Of a stretch of DNA of 64,000 nt, positions 23,191 through 35,925 are shown in pieces (position 1 is the first letter of the stretch; each line of letters starts with the position of its first letter). A program made the position numbers and the translations under genes. Location: NCBI GenBank assembly GCA_951406725.2, contig OX597836.1, forward strand, positions 35,836,001-35,900,000. Reading direction: 5' to 3'. Source of the stretch: Octopus vulgaris (lineage: Eukaryota). Under the pieces are notes generated by a model. It saw only the letters and a list, made by a program, of their open reading frames with translations, did no database searches and was not told the origin of the DNA.

Positions 23191-25641
23191 AAACTGACAG
23201 AATTGTTAACAAAATCACCAACGGCATTTCGTCCGTCTCTAAGTTCTGAGTTCAGATTCCTTCGAGGTCGACTTTACCTTTCATTCTTCGGGGTCGATAA
23301 AATGCATAGCAGTTGTATACTTTGATTCATGCAATCGACTTACCCCCTCCCCCGAAATTGCTGACCTAGTGCCAAAATGTGAAACCCATATATAATGGCT
23401 TTGAGTTAGATGAAAGTAGTGGTTCTGTCTATATTATTTATATTTATAAATATTATTTATATTTATTATTTATATTTATCAAAAATTATATACGATTCTT
23501 TCCCACACGCCAATTCTTTACAGGATCTTTAAGTCTGTATCATCAGGGACCAACCTGGACCCAAACTGAGATTATACGTCTGATGAGAATGTGTGGGCAG
23601 CCAGTACAATTAATATTAGTTTCATCTAGACAATTAAATTAGCAATTTAAGGGGACAATTCGACACAAAATCGGCAATTTAAGGGGAAGTGTAAGTCAAT
23701 TACATCGACCGAAGTGTTCAATCCTGAAATGGTGAAAGGCAAAGTCGATCTTGGCAGGATTTGAACTCAAAACGTAAAGACGGATGAAATGCTGCTAAGC
23801 ATTTTGTCCGTCATGCTAATGATTCTACCAGCTCACCACATTCGCGGCTGAATTAATATCGATTTAAAATTTTGGCACAAGGGCAGTCAGGTCGGGATAA
23901 ATCGATTACATTGACCCTAGTGTTGAACATGTACATATTTTTATCGACACCGATAAAAAAAGCTAGCCCTCTTACCACCGAAATTAATATTAAAACCTTT
24001 CAAAGAGATGACAGTCTACCGCCAACCTATTTCTTTACTACCCACAAGGGGCTAAACACAGAGGGACAAAATACTTTTCAACATTTCATCCGTCTCTATG
24101 CTCTGATTTCAAATACCTATTTCTTTTTCTACTTACAAGGAGCTAAACATAGAGGGTACAAACAAGGACAGACAAACGGATTAAGTCGATTACATCAACC
24201 CCAGTGCGTAACTGGTACTTAATGTATCGATCCTGAAAGGATGAAAAGCAAAGTCGACCTCGGCGGAATTTGAACTCAGAACGTAACTCCAGACGAAATA
24301 CGGCTACGCATTTCGCCCGGCGCGCTAACGTTTCTGACAGTTCGCCGCCTTGTCTACCACCAACCTATTAATTGGCGATGTAGTGTAATTGTACATTGCT
24401 AAAGAAATCATAGGCTAAGGACTTCAAATATATGATATGATATGTCCTATCTTACTTAACTTTAATTAATTGAAGTTTGATAGCCTAATTATATGTTCAA
24501 TGTATGATATAAACACTGATTCATATTGTCACTGTGCATATCACAAGTTAGCATTTAATAAAAGGAAAAACAGTTTCGGTTATGTAAAATTAAATATACT
24601 GAAAGACAGTATCGTCGCTCATTTTTGGAACGCTTTTGGTAAAATTACTTTGAAATTAGAGCTGGTTAAGTTTAATAACAGAAATGTGCGGATATTCATT
24701 AAACAAAATTACAAATTATCTATTGCAATCAACTGGATTTCATGTTTATATGTTGCACTATTTTTGCATAGAAGTATTTGAATTAATATGTTTTACATAA
24801 AAACAGTTCCAATTAAAGGTATTTCAGTTTTCAAACGGAGTAATTTAAAATAATTTAGACGTGAACTTATAAAATCTTTACATTCAATATTTCTCAATTA
24901 TTTTCCTTGAAGTAAAATTATTGACAAACAAGCGATCGGAAAACCTGAAGCAACCGGTTTATTTAGCAATGGTTTTAATAGGATCTTAGAGATGCATAAA
25001 TTTTGTTTAGGTTACATGTGCTTAACTTTTAACTTTAATGTTCCCAGTGCATCAAACTAAGCTTGAAGATTCATACATCACTATAAACGATAGTATAAAT
25101 GATAGTAAATTAATATTGCGTCCTCATTTACGACGTTCTTTAATCTATAAAAAAATATTATATCCTTTCATCAAAGAAGAAGTATTGATTTACAATGTTC
25201 TGCCACTTACATGTAGCGATAATGACTACGTTTGCCAGTGTTTTATGGTGTATTCGTATAAGATGATATTCAATGGTAAGTTGAGGGCTTCTCGTAATTC
25301 TATAATACCTTATATAGTTTGGCTTTTGAGGTTTAAGTTCAAACTATAATGTGTATATTTGAAAGAAAAGGATGGCATTAACATTTATCACCCATTCTTC
25401 ACTCCAGCGACCTCTTTATGGTTACGTAACCTTTTTTTTATAAGAGTTAAACATCTTTGTGCTGTTCCTTCACAGTTCATAATATATAGATCGATATTGA
25501 TCGTTCTTTGCCCTTTCATTCAGTTAATAGAAACAAATATAAAGCGTGATTCCTTTTATTGAGAAATGAGATTAAAGCGAAATTCCAACATGGCCATCAA
25601 CGCCAAAGTAATTAAATAAGAACACTTGATATGTATGCATG

Positions 25642-26280
25642 TGTGGAGGCGCAATGACTCAGTGGTTAGGGCAGCGGACTCGCGGTTGGGGGATCGCCTG
25701 TTTCGATTCCCAGACCGGGCGTTGTGTGTGTTTATTGAGCGAAAATACCTAAAGCTCCGTGAGTCTCCGGCAGGAAGTGATGGCTACCCCTGTTGTACTC
25801 TTTCGCTCCAACTTTCTCTTACACTTTCTTCCTGTTTCTTGAGTAACGCTGCGATGGACTGGCGTCCCCTCCAGGTGCGAGAATACATACGCCACAGAAA
25901 CAGAGAAACCGGGCCCATGAGCCTGGCTAGGCTTGAAAAGGGCGACGTTTAACGTTTATCGTTTTTATACATGTGTGGATGTGCAATGGCCGAGTGGTTA
26001 GGGCAGCGGACTCGTGGTTGGAGGATCGCGGTTTCGATTCCCAGACCGGGCGTTGTGTATGTTTATTGAGCGAAAATATCTAAAGCTCTACGAAGCTCCG
26101 GCAGGGAGTGGTGGTGAACCCTGTTGTACTCTTTCACCACAACTTTCTCTTACTCTTTCTTCCTGTTTCTTGAGTAACGCTGCGATGGACTAGCGTCCCG
26201 TCCAATTGGGGTTGGGGGAACACATGCACCACAGAAACCGGGCCCATGAGCCTGGCTAGGCTTGAAAAGGGTGCATAAAA
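25642..26280 (+). mobile_element. Two tandem SINE family B-related copies
   Basis: Heads gtggaggcgcaatgactcagtggttagggcagcggactc at 25642 and about 25973; both end in gcctggctaggcttgaaaaggg. Confidence 0.88.
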
Positions 26281-26554
26281 AATAAAATAAATACATGTAG
26301 AAAATTCGCGGAAACATCTTAAGGTTATATCAGTTATTTGCATAATTGATCTGCATGTAGTTTGAAGGAATAATGGAATAATATTATGCAACATTAAGGC
26401 GGCGAGCTGGCAGAATCGTTAGCACGCCGAGCATGGTACTTAGTGGCATTTCATCGGTTCTTACGTTCTAAGTTCTAATTCCGCCGAGGTCAAATTTGCC
26501 TTTCATCCTTTCGGTGTCGATTAAACAAGTACCCGTTGAAGACCTGGGTCAAAT

Positions 26555-26948
26555 CCAGTTATGGCTGTCAGACATTTTCTGTGACCACATCACAGCCAAC
26601 ATCTGGCCACCTTACTCCCCAGATTTTAAGCCCTCATAATTATTATGTATGGGGCGCAGTTGAGCGAGAGACTAAAATATCTTGTAACACCAAACATGAA
26701 CTGAAAGCAAAAATTTTGGCAGCATTCACTAACTTAAACAAGGATACCGTCCAAACGAGTTTCAGGAGATTCCGAAATTGCGTGGAGGCTGCCGTTGAAG
26801 CCAATGGCGATTTTATTGAATATATTTACTCTTTAGTATTTCTAGAGTTTTTTTACGTAATTTTGGCTTATTTATCTGTTAAACTGAGATATCAGTGTTA
26901 TTTTCATTTTTGCGTAATTTAGATGATAGTTTATTCACCGCACACTGT
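26555..26948 (+). mobile_element. 3' end of a Tc1/mariner (maT/DD37D-like) transposon
   Basis: NIWPPYSPDF..YYVWGAVERET..ELKAKI..FRNCVEAAVEANGDFIE, ending in ...ccgcacactg|TA. Confidence 0.8.
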
Positions 26949-26959
26949 ATGCAATAATA

Positions 26960-27195
26960 ATAAATGCGCCCTTTTAAAGCCTATCCAGGCTCATGGGCCT
27001 GGTTTTTCAGTTCCCCAGCTGGACGGGACCCCAATCCATCGCAGCGTTACTCATTTTTGCCAGCTGAGTGGACTGGATCAATGTGAAATGAAGTGTTTTG
27101 CTCAAGAACACAATGCGTCGCCCGGTCCAGGAATCCAAAGAACAATCTTACGATCGAGAAGCTGACACCCTAACCACTAAGCCATGCGCCTCCAC
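26960..27195 (-). mobile_element. SINE family B
   Basis: Matches 10380-10632. Further copies lie at 42448-42680 (-), 54991-55245 (+) and 63568-63870 (+). Confidence 0.88.
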
Positions 27196-27215
27196 ACCCT
27201 GTATGTACCCCACCC

Positions 27216-27248
<33 letters not shown>

Positions 27249-27576
27249 AAAATAAAAGAACTTATACACACATATAAATACATACACTGTTACAAGCATG
27301 CATACATACTTGCATACATACTTACATAAATGTATATATACATACATTCAGACATACATAGATATGTATATGTATGCATGTATGTTTATATACAATGGTT
27401 AGAGAGAGGGATAAACAATCTTAAATCTTTAAAACAGTTGCGGTATATATTAATAAACTGAAGATATAATAAAATAAATTATATATACACTTATTTCGAA
27501 ATACATAAGTGATATTAAATATTTAGCATATCGGTTTCAGGTTTCGGCAAAACCCCAGCAATATTTGGTATGTGGT

Positions 27577-27862
27577 TCATCATCATCATTGTTCGACCGT
27601 GGTCGAAACAATGGAATTTAGTATGTTACGCCAGACATTATGGTCCATCATAGCATTACGGAGGTCCTGTTGCTGGATGCCTGTATCCCTGGAGATTACA
27701 TCAGGGTAGGAGAGTGTGCGTCCTCTGACATCGCGAGCAGATGGCTTCCAGAGGAGAAGAGTAGAAATTACCTCGTTTTCAGCTCTACAACAATGTCCAG
27801 CAAACTGGACTCATTCTACCTTTCACAAGAGAGGATACAAGTGGTAGTTTCCCATATATTTG
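27577..27862 (-). mobile_element. 3' end of an RTE-like LINE with a (TGA)n tail
   Basis: Minus strand reads QIYGKLPLVSSLVK..VQFAGHCCRAENEVISTLLLWKP..RGRTLSYPDVISRDTG..AMMDHNVWR..EQ*, followed by tgatgatga. Confidence 0.85.
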
Positions 27863-28628
27863 TACTTTGGTTGGATGACGCTTCCACGAGAGATTTTGAG
27901 CTCTCATAAAGGAGGCGAGTGTAAGTTCCATGCTCAAATGGATGTAAGACGACGTCGGCAGAATTTGAACTCAGAATGTAAAGACGGAGGAAATGCCGCT
28001 AAGAATTTTGCCCGGCCTGCTAACGTTTCAGTTACCTCGCTATCTTAATAATATAAAACGCAGACGCATGTTGGAGCCATATAATAGGGACATAACATTC
28101 AGTGCGCTTACTGAACGAGCATATGTAGAACACCAGCTTGTACTGAAAAAGAATCGCATTTAACGATGCGCCAAGGCAAAAAATAAAAAATAATTGAATC
28201 GTACCAGAGCAGTACATGCCTTCGAGGAGTTTCTAATTAGGCGGCTATTTTCTGCATTAATATTCAATTTTTAACTATATGTTTTCCCCTGATGTTCGAA
28301 TAATCATGATTCTTCAAAGTGTTTATAATTACTATGATATTATTGCCTGCGTGGCTTACCTAAGTGATGCACTAAGCATATTTAATTTCTATTCGGACTC
28401 TCTTTTACATACTTTACCTCTTTTAATCTCACTTTTCCACTTGCTCACTTTTAAAATCGAATGTAAAGTAGCTCCCACCGACAGGAACCGACACACACCT
28501 ATAAATTCATATCTGTAACTATATAATATGTATATAAATGTATTTAAGTATATATATATATATATATACTTATAAATACATATATATATATATATATATA
28601 TATATGTATTTATAAGTATGTATATATG

Positions 28629-28667
<39 letters not shown>

Positions 28668-28673
<6 letters not shown>

Positions 28674-29451
28674 ATATTTCGGAATGGTCATTTTGCCAGT
28701 TTAGCCAATAAAAACACACGCACTATATATTTGGTGTTACTTTGCTTGAGTGTTATTTATTTTTTACATTAATCTTAATCTTATTTCGGCCAGAGTTCTT
28801 TCGTCACACTTCTGTGACCGCATCAGTGGTCCTTTGTTTTCTTCTTTCTTATTTGTGTCTCTCCTTACTAACCGTCAGCCATTTTGTATTTCTATTGTAT
28901 GTCTTCATTTGCGCATGCTTATATCTCTATGTGCGTTTATGTTTATTATTATTAGTATTATTGTTGTTATACATACATACATATATACATACAAGCATAT
29001 GTAATGATAATAATAGGTGGATGTAAACACATGAACAAAATAAGAATAAACAAAAACAACAAAAACAAAAAACAACATGCAAATTACATGAACATATAAA
29101 ATTACAAATTACATGAACATATATAAACAGAAGATACAAATATTACAGGCATCCCCCACATACACACACTAAATAAACATAAACGCACATAAAGATATAA
29201 GCATGCGCAAATGGAGGCATACAATAGAAATACAAAATGGCTGACGGTTAGTAAGGAGAGACACAAATAAGAAAGAAGAAAACAAAGGACCACTGATCCG
29301 GTCACAGGAGTGTGACGAAAGAACTCTGGCCAAAATAAGATTAAGATTAATGTAAAAAATAAATAACACTGAAGCAAAGTAACACCAAATATATAGTGCG
29401 TGTGTTTTTATTGGCTAAACTGGCAAAATGACCATTCCGAAATATAACAAT
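28668..29451. mobile_element. Inverted pair of Penelope-like pLTRs (280-bp arms, ~224-bp spacer), each with an HHR motif
   Basis: 28668-28947 is the near-identical reverse complement of 29172-29451. HHR-like motifs at 28788-28832 (-) and 29287-29331 (+). Flanked by (TA)n. Confidence 0.75.
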
Positions 29452-30008
29452 ATCTGTTTCAACACACGACTTCACTTAAAAAATCTTGCACAACAAATAT
29501 TTAAATATATATATATATATATATATAAGTATTTATATATATACATTTGTATTGTTTTTACAATGTATTTATATTTGTGTAACATTGTCTGTTTTTCCGT
29601 CCTTGTTTTTGTATGCATTCGATGCTTTCTTCCAAGGAACCAAATGCTCTTAGCTAAGTTTTACCTTGGGGCTGGTGAGATTGGAGCAATCTCAAGATTA
29701 ATTAGCCGAAATTGCGAGGAGGATCTGGTACTTGACTGAGGTTCTTGACTGAGGATAGAAAGCATTGAATGACGCGTCTTTGTTTTTTGTATCGTCTATC
29801 TGGATCTTCAGTTGTCCCTTTTTTTATCATTTATTTGTCCGGATGTTTTGCGTCCTTGTCCCATTTTGTATTTTATCTATATACATATTTGAGTATGTAT
29901 ATATATAGTTAATCCAAACATGAAAACATAAAGAGAAAACACAAAAACGCGAGGACGTGGAACAAGTATAGTATTATTGGACGCTCAGGAAAGAAGGGAA
30001 GACGGAGG

Positions 30009-30043
30009 GTTTAACGTTTCAAGCGGACCATTTCGTCAGAAAC
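30009..30043 (-). ncRNA. Minimal hammerhead ribozyme motif (stem II decayed)
   Basis: RC: GTTT CTGACGA aatggtccgctt GAAA CG TT AAAC. Confidence 0.55.
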
Positions 30044-30093
30044 ATAGGAAAAGGAAAGATCCAAAGAAGGGAAGACATATATACATATATATA

Positions 30094-30195
<102 letters not shown>

Positions 30196-30243
30196 TATAT
30201 ATATACACACACACATACACATATATATATATACATACATATA

Positions 30244-30293
<50 letters not shown>

Positions 30294-30406
30294 TAAGGAC
30301 AACTACTTAATAAGGAAAACTTAACAAGAAATTGTCAGGTAGATAGCGTGAAAGACCTCATAAGAGAAAAAATTTCGAAAATAATTATTTCTTATTGAAC
30401 ATATTA

Positions 30407-30705
30407 ATTTATATATAGAGGGCATTATACATACATGCCAGAGGGCATTATACATACATGCCACACGCTAAGAGGGACAATTAGTCATTTCTACCAAAAA
30501 TTTTACTAATCCCACCGAATGCAATTTTTCAAAGTAAGACATTTAAAAAATTTTTTTAATATTTTTTAAATATTTTTTAAATGTCTTACTTTGAAAAATT
30601 GCATTCGGTGGGATTAGTAAAATTTTTGGTAGAAATGACTAATTGTCCCTCTTAGCGTGTGGCATGTATGTATAATGCCCTCTGGCATGTATGTATAATG
30701 CCCTC

Positions 30706-30716
<11 letters not shown>
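30407..30716. repeat. Near-perfect palindrome, ~145-bp arms with a ~20-nt loop
   Basis: 30407-30551 is the reverse complement of 30572-30716, including a mirrored 23-bp tandem duplication. Confidence 0.97.
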
Positions 30717-30775
<59 letters not shown>

Positions 30776-30781
30776 TATATA

Positions 30782-31161
30782 CACTACTGTCAGAAATTAA
30801 TTAGCACCCTTGATTTGCTCTTCACTCAAGGTATGTGCTGTCACCTAGTGGCCATATCTCGAACTATTGCTTTGTTGCGAGTTCACTGTTGCGCAGAACG
30901 ATGACGTAACCTTGTTTGCAGAGCAGTTTGAGAGTCTACAGCCTTATGATGTTGACATAGCAGTGCAACAACAACTTGGAGTGCGGATGCAGACAAATCT
31001 TCCTTTGTTTAATAGATATAGGTAGCGCCTCGCAAGGACCGAAATCACACCATACTAAGTTTTCTCATCGCGTAAGACGTTTTGAACAGCTCATAGGTTA
31101 ATTGATTTAACCTATTTAATGTAGAAATTTGAGAAGTGCTAATTAATTTCTGACGCAAATG
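30782..31161. mobile_element. Tc1-type MITE
   Basis: TA|cactactgtcagaaattaattagcac ... gtgctaattaatttctgacgcaaatg|TA. Confidence 0.8.
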
Positions 31162-31464
31162 TATATACTTATATAAATTATAATTAAAAGGTAAAATCAA
31201 TAATAATTTTGCCAGGTGGTCACTGCGGAAATAAAAACCTCATAGGTAAATTTTCTTCATTCATCATTCATCAAAAGTGTGTTATGTCCTTCTAATTATT
31301 AATATATATATAAGCATCATGTTTTTATTTTGATTAATTTATATATATAAGCATCATGTTTTTATTTTGATTAATTTACTCCACCACCTACACCACCAAA
31401 CGGTATATACAGGTGCTTACAATTATCAAGTACTCAACCTGAATTTCTGTACCCAACTATATAT

Positions 31465-31980
31465 ATATAATATTTATTCACGAAATGCAATTCAAGACTA
31501 AGAGTTAACAACGTCACACTTTTATATTATTAATTTGTCTGATTGATTACTCTTGACTCCCTCCCTATCATATAAAAATAAATATATACTCTCTTTGTTT
31601 ATATTCTTTTTATTTGTTTCAGTCATGTGACTGTGGCCATGCTGGAGCACCGCCCTTAGTCGATCAAATCGATCCCAGGACTTATTCTTTGTAAGCCTAG
31701 TACTTATTTTATCTGTCCCTTTTTTGCCGAACCGATAAGTTACGGGGACGTAAGCACACCACCATCGGTTGTCAAGCGATTTTGGAGGGATAAACACAGA
31801 CACACAAACACGCACGTACATATATATATATATACATATATATGACGGGCTTCTTTCAGTTTCCGTCTACCAAATCCACTCACAAGGCCTTGGTCGGCCC
31901 GAGGCTATAATAGCAGACACGTAACCAAGATGCCACGCAGTGGGACTGAACCCGGAATCATGTGGTTCGTACGCAAGCTA

Positions 31981-32030
<50 letters not shown>

Positions 32031-32049
32031 CATACATATATATATATGC

Positions 32050-32114
<65 letters not shown>

Positions 32115-33030
32115 CGCACACAAATACACTCACATATATAAGTTATATATATATATATAGCTATATACACATGAGTGTGTGTATGTGTTCGTGTTTGCGA
32201 GTTTGTTTGTGTGTATGTGTGTGTGTGTTATATCAATAGCTATTATTTCTATTTAATTAAGCCCGCTGGTTCTTTGTGACATCAGTGCTAGACTATACAC
32301 CGGAATTCTAAATGTCGTTAAAGAGGAAATTCGAATCTTATGTCTCCGTTGGATATCTGTCACTGACGAAACCATACTTGTTATGATAGATGACTTTAAA
32401 ATAATAAGTAGTTCCTTATTTGGTGTGTCTCGATGTATATACATCTGCTTTTTTCGCCAGTAAGTTAGTGATAAATGATGGATATAGGCGCAGGAGTGGC
32501 TGTGTGGTAAGTAGCTTGCGTACGAACCACATCGTTCCGGGTTCAGTCCCACTGCGTGGCATCTTGGTTACGTGTCTGCTATTATAGCCTCGGGCCGACC
32601 AAGGCCTTGTGAGTGGATTTGGTAGACGGAAACTGAAAGAAGCCCGTCATATATATGTATATATATATATATATATGTATGTGCGTGTTTGTGTGTCTGT
32701 GTTTATCCCTCCAAAATCGCTTGACAACCGATGCTGCTGTGCTTACGTCCCCGTAACTTATCGGTTCGGCAAAAAAGAGACAAATAAAATAAGTACTAGG
32801 CTTACAAAGAATAAGTCCTGGGATCGATTTGATCGACTAAGGGCGGTGCTCCAGCATGGCCACAGTCACATGAGTGAAAGAAGTAAAAAGAATATAAACA
32901 AAGAGAGTATATATTTATTTTTATATGGTAGGGAGGGAGTCAAGAGTAATCAATCAGACAAATTAATAATATAAAAGTGTGACGTTGTTAACTCTTAGTC
33001 TTGAAGTGCATTTCGTGAATAAATATTAAT
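31465..33030. repeat. Inverted duplication (~520-bp arms) of SINE family A plus its 3' flank
   Basis: About 31465-31983 is the reverse complement of about 32507-33030. ORFs 31522..31821(-) and 32609..32974(+) translate almost identically. Confidence 0.93.
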
Positions 33031-33128
33031 ATAATGGTAAAGAAAAAACGTCAAGGCAATAATTTTAAACGTCCTACTGTTTTAATTATCACCCGCTGAT
33101 GAGTTCAAACATACATTATATGATAATA

Positions 33129-34368
33129 TTAGATTGTTTCGAAAATAATGGCCGATTTTTTTAAATGTAAGTTTATTCTGGTAAAAATTACAATAGAAAT
33201 GTTTTCATTAGTCAAAGTATGGGTCATGAACATCTCTGCATCTCTGCCTTTGAACAACGAGATGATTTATGCCTCGTTAATAAAATATTATTGGCTTTGA
33301 TTCCACCTCTGGTTTGGACATGAAACCTTTATCACTTATAAACGTGTTTTAATGCTTTAGAAAATGGTAGTCAGTGGGTGAAAGATAAGGAGAATATGGA
33401 GGATGTGGTAAAGTATGTGAGTCTCTGCATCGACATTCTTGCAACATGTAGCTTGCTTTATCGTGGAACAGAAATGGGCAACGCTGGTTCACCAATGCAG
33501 GTCTTATTTTTTGTAAGTGAGCATGTATTTCAGCGAGTTGATTGAAATAAAACTTTGCTGTAATGCCCAGATTAGCTTCCAGAAAACCGTAATGAACAAC
33601 GCTAATTGCAGACCATCAAACAGGGAGCATAATCTTTGCTAAATCAACTCTGGCTTTGGGAAATATTTGACGAACTCATCAGGATCAAGGCATTGACCTG
33701 ATCGTTTACGGTTATCACAAAGGAACCACTTTTCGTCACAAGTGACTCTTCGGTCGAGAAAAGGATCCTTGGTGTTTCGCAGAAAGAGCATCGAGCACAC
33801 TTCAAAACGCCGAACTTTTGATTTTTATTGTGCTCATGCGGTACCCATTTATCGAGATTTTCCACCTAACAAATCTTCTGAAGATTGCGGGAGACCGTTT
33901 CAATACCGATATCATGCACCTGAGACATTTTACTGACATTTTGACGTGGGTTTTTGTTCAACAATTGCTTTCAATTGTTCATTGTCAAGACTGCATGACC
34001 GTCTTCTACCTTCTTCATCTTCAAGGCACTCTGCACCACTACGGAATTTCTGAAACCATCTTCGTACTATGCAATCACTTGTAGACCTCTCTCTCCATGC
34101 TCTTTTAATATTGGCAGCAATTTGGGAGGTATTGTGCCCAAGGTTGAACTCCTACAAGAAATGTAAGATCCTTTCTTGTCATACTCTTAATTAAGGGTGC
34201 CTATGCTTCAGGAATGTTTTCTGTCTGAAATTAGCAGAAGATTATTAAAGAGCTCACATCAATTATTAAGTATGTCGAGATCCACATAAAATATAATTAA
34301 AATGCTATGATAAAATTGCGTTGCAAAATACAACACTTAGAGAGGCCATTATGTTCGGAACAACCTAA
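33129..34368 (-). mobile_element. Full-length (~1.24 kb) decayed mariner element
   Basis: TIRs ttagattgtttcgaaaataatggcc / ggccattatgttcggaacaacctaa. Minus-strand motifs WVPHE, VTCDEKWF and PHPPYSPYLSPTDYHF, with frameshifts and stops. Confidence 0.92.
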
Positions 34369-34689
34369 CAACATGCATTATTTATTGGATGATAACATGG
34401 TCTTCTTGAGAGAAACAGCAATCTGGAATAATTGAGAAAAGATGAATAATCTATCATTAACGACACAATCTGCTTCATTTAATTTTATTGATGACAGTCA
34501 TTGAACTCCGTGTAATGTATTAATTCTGATAATGATCATTTGCTTACATATATTCACACGGACATGATAAGAAATTCGTAAATACCGTATGATGAAAGGA
34601 CACTGGAAACCTAAAGGAAAAATTCCTCTAGCGGAGGAAGTAAATTATATCCATATAAATGTTATATATATATATATATATATATTTAA

Positions 34690-34896
34690 TTTAAAATTAA
34701 TCGAAGGACATTCTAAGTATGTCTACCTGCTTGAAATAACAGTCAGAACGCTTATTAAATCGCCAAAAATACACTACAGAAATCAAACGAAGGCGAAATC
34801 AGTTTCCATCAATTTATTTTTGGCGATTTAATAAGGGTTTCGACTGTTATTTCAAGCAGATAGACATACTTGGTATGTTTTTTTATTAATTTTAAT
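34690..34896. repeat. Diverged foldback inverted repeat (~80-bp arms) in a TA-flanked cassette
   Basis: aagtatgtctacctgcttgaaataacagtc..cttattaaatcgccaaaaata / tatttttggcgatttaataag..gactgttatttcaagcagatagacatactt. Confidence 0.88.
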
Positions 34897-35020
34897 CCCT
34901 CGGTAATTTAATGCTATTTTTTGACCTGCTATTTCCTGTGTCATTGATTCTGCTATTATCATTTTTTAAATATTTACGTTGGATAATAATAGAATTAATG
35001 ACACCTTTGTAAATTAATAC

Positions 35021-35069
<49 letters not shown>

Positions 35070-35077
<8 letters not shown>

Positions 35078-35196
35078 GATTTTTTTGCATAATGAGATAA
35101 AAAAACCAAGGCTGTGTAGATATTAGAACATTTATAAATGTTCTAATATCTACACAGCCTTGGTTTTTACCTCATTACGCAAAAAATTCTTATATA
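35070..35196. repeat. Spacerless palindrome (~60-bp arms) abutting (TA)n
   Basis: aaaaaccaaggctgtgtagatattagaacatttataaatgttctaatatctacacagccttggttttt, centred near 35134. Confidence 0.95.
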
Positions 35197-35399
35197 CCCA
35201 CGCTGACATAGAACCAACGATGAACCCATTATTCGTAAAATTACCGAATCTGGAACATAAATATGGTCTGTCTATAACACTTATTCAGCATTACCTGACA
35301 ACTTTGGGCCTCAGAGTCTGAGATTAAAATGGTATAGTTTTTATATATGTATTTGAAATGTATGTTGAATCAGGTGATACGGGAAATTGCAACATACGT

Positions 35400-35925
35400 T
35401 TAGGAATGTGGGAGCGCCATGATTTCAAGCGCAAGCAGAAGATACTCAACATGCTCAATGCAATTTCCTGTATTGGTAGAATTATAATTTGTGGTAGACA
35501 CATGCTTTAGCAAACACCTCGGTGTGCCTAACTCCCAGTGGTCTTCCAGCAAGGTGGGCACCGATACAGAACTTCTGAGAGCCGGAAAACATTTGTGGAG
35601 TAAATGATCGTGACTAATAGACATGTACTACTTCCATTTGGAAGTTTCCAGGCCCTAACCTATCATGAGAATCTGGTCGTGGGAGGTATGAATTTTTTGA
35701 ACCCACCGTGTCAGTGGATATACTCGCCTTTGAGGCAGTCAGCGATGCGTCTAACACGATTCATCGTATGGTTGACAGTCAAATGAATGGAGGTGTAATG
35801 AGTTCGTTTAGGAAATGGGCTGCAATGGGAGACGGCAACCAACCAGACCTTCGTGCAATGGAAGACGGCTTCGAACCACACCTTCGTGATATCCTTAAAG
35901 CCAGGAATTTTTCAGCACCCCCTTG
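35400..35925 (+). mobile_element. Highly decayed Tc1-like 3' fragments
   Basis: VFQQG.AP-like and ENL-like remnants; TIR-like ends aattttttgaacccaccgtgt and aatttttcagcacccccttg|TA. Confidence 0.4.

Noticed and set aside
33096-33145. CTGATGAG...CGAAA hammerhead-like spacing
   Set aside because: The GAAA lies inside the mariner TIR, and there is no convincing stem I or III.
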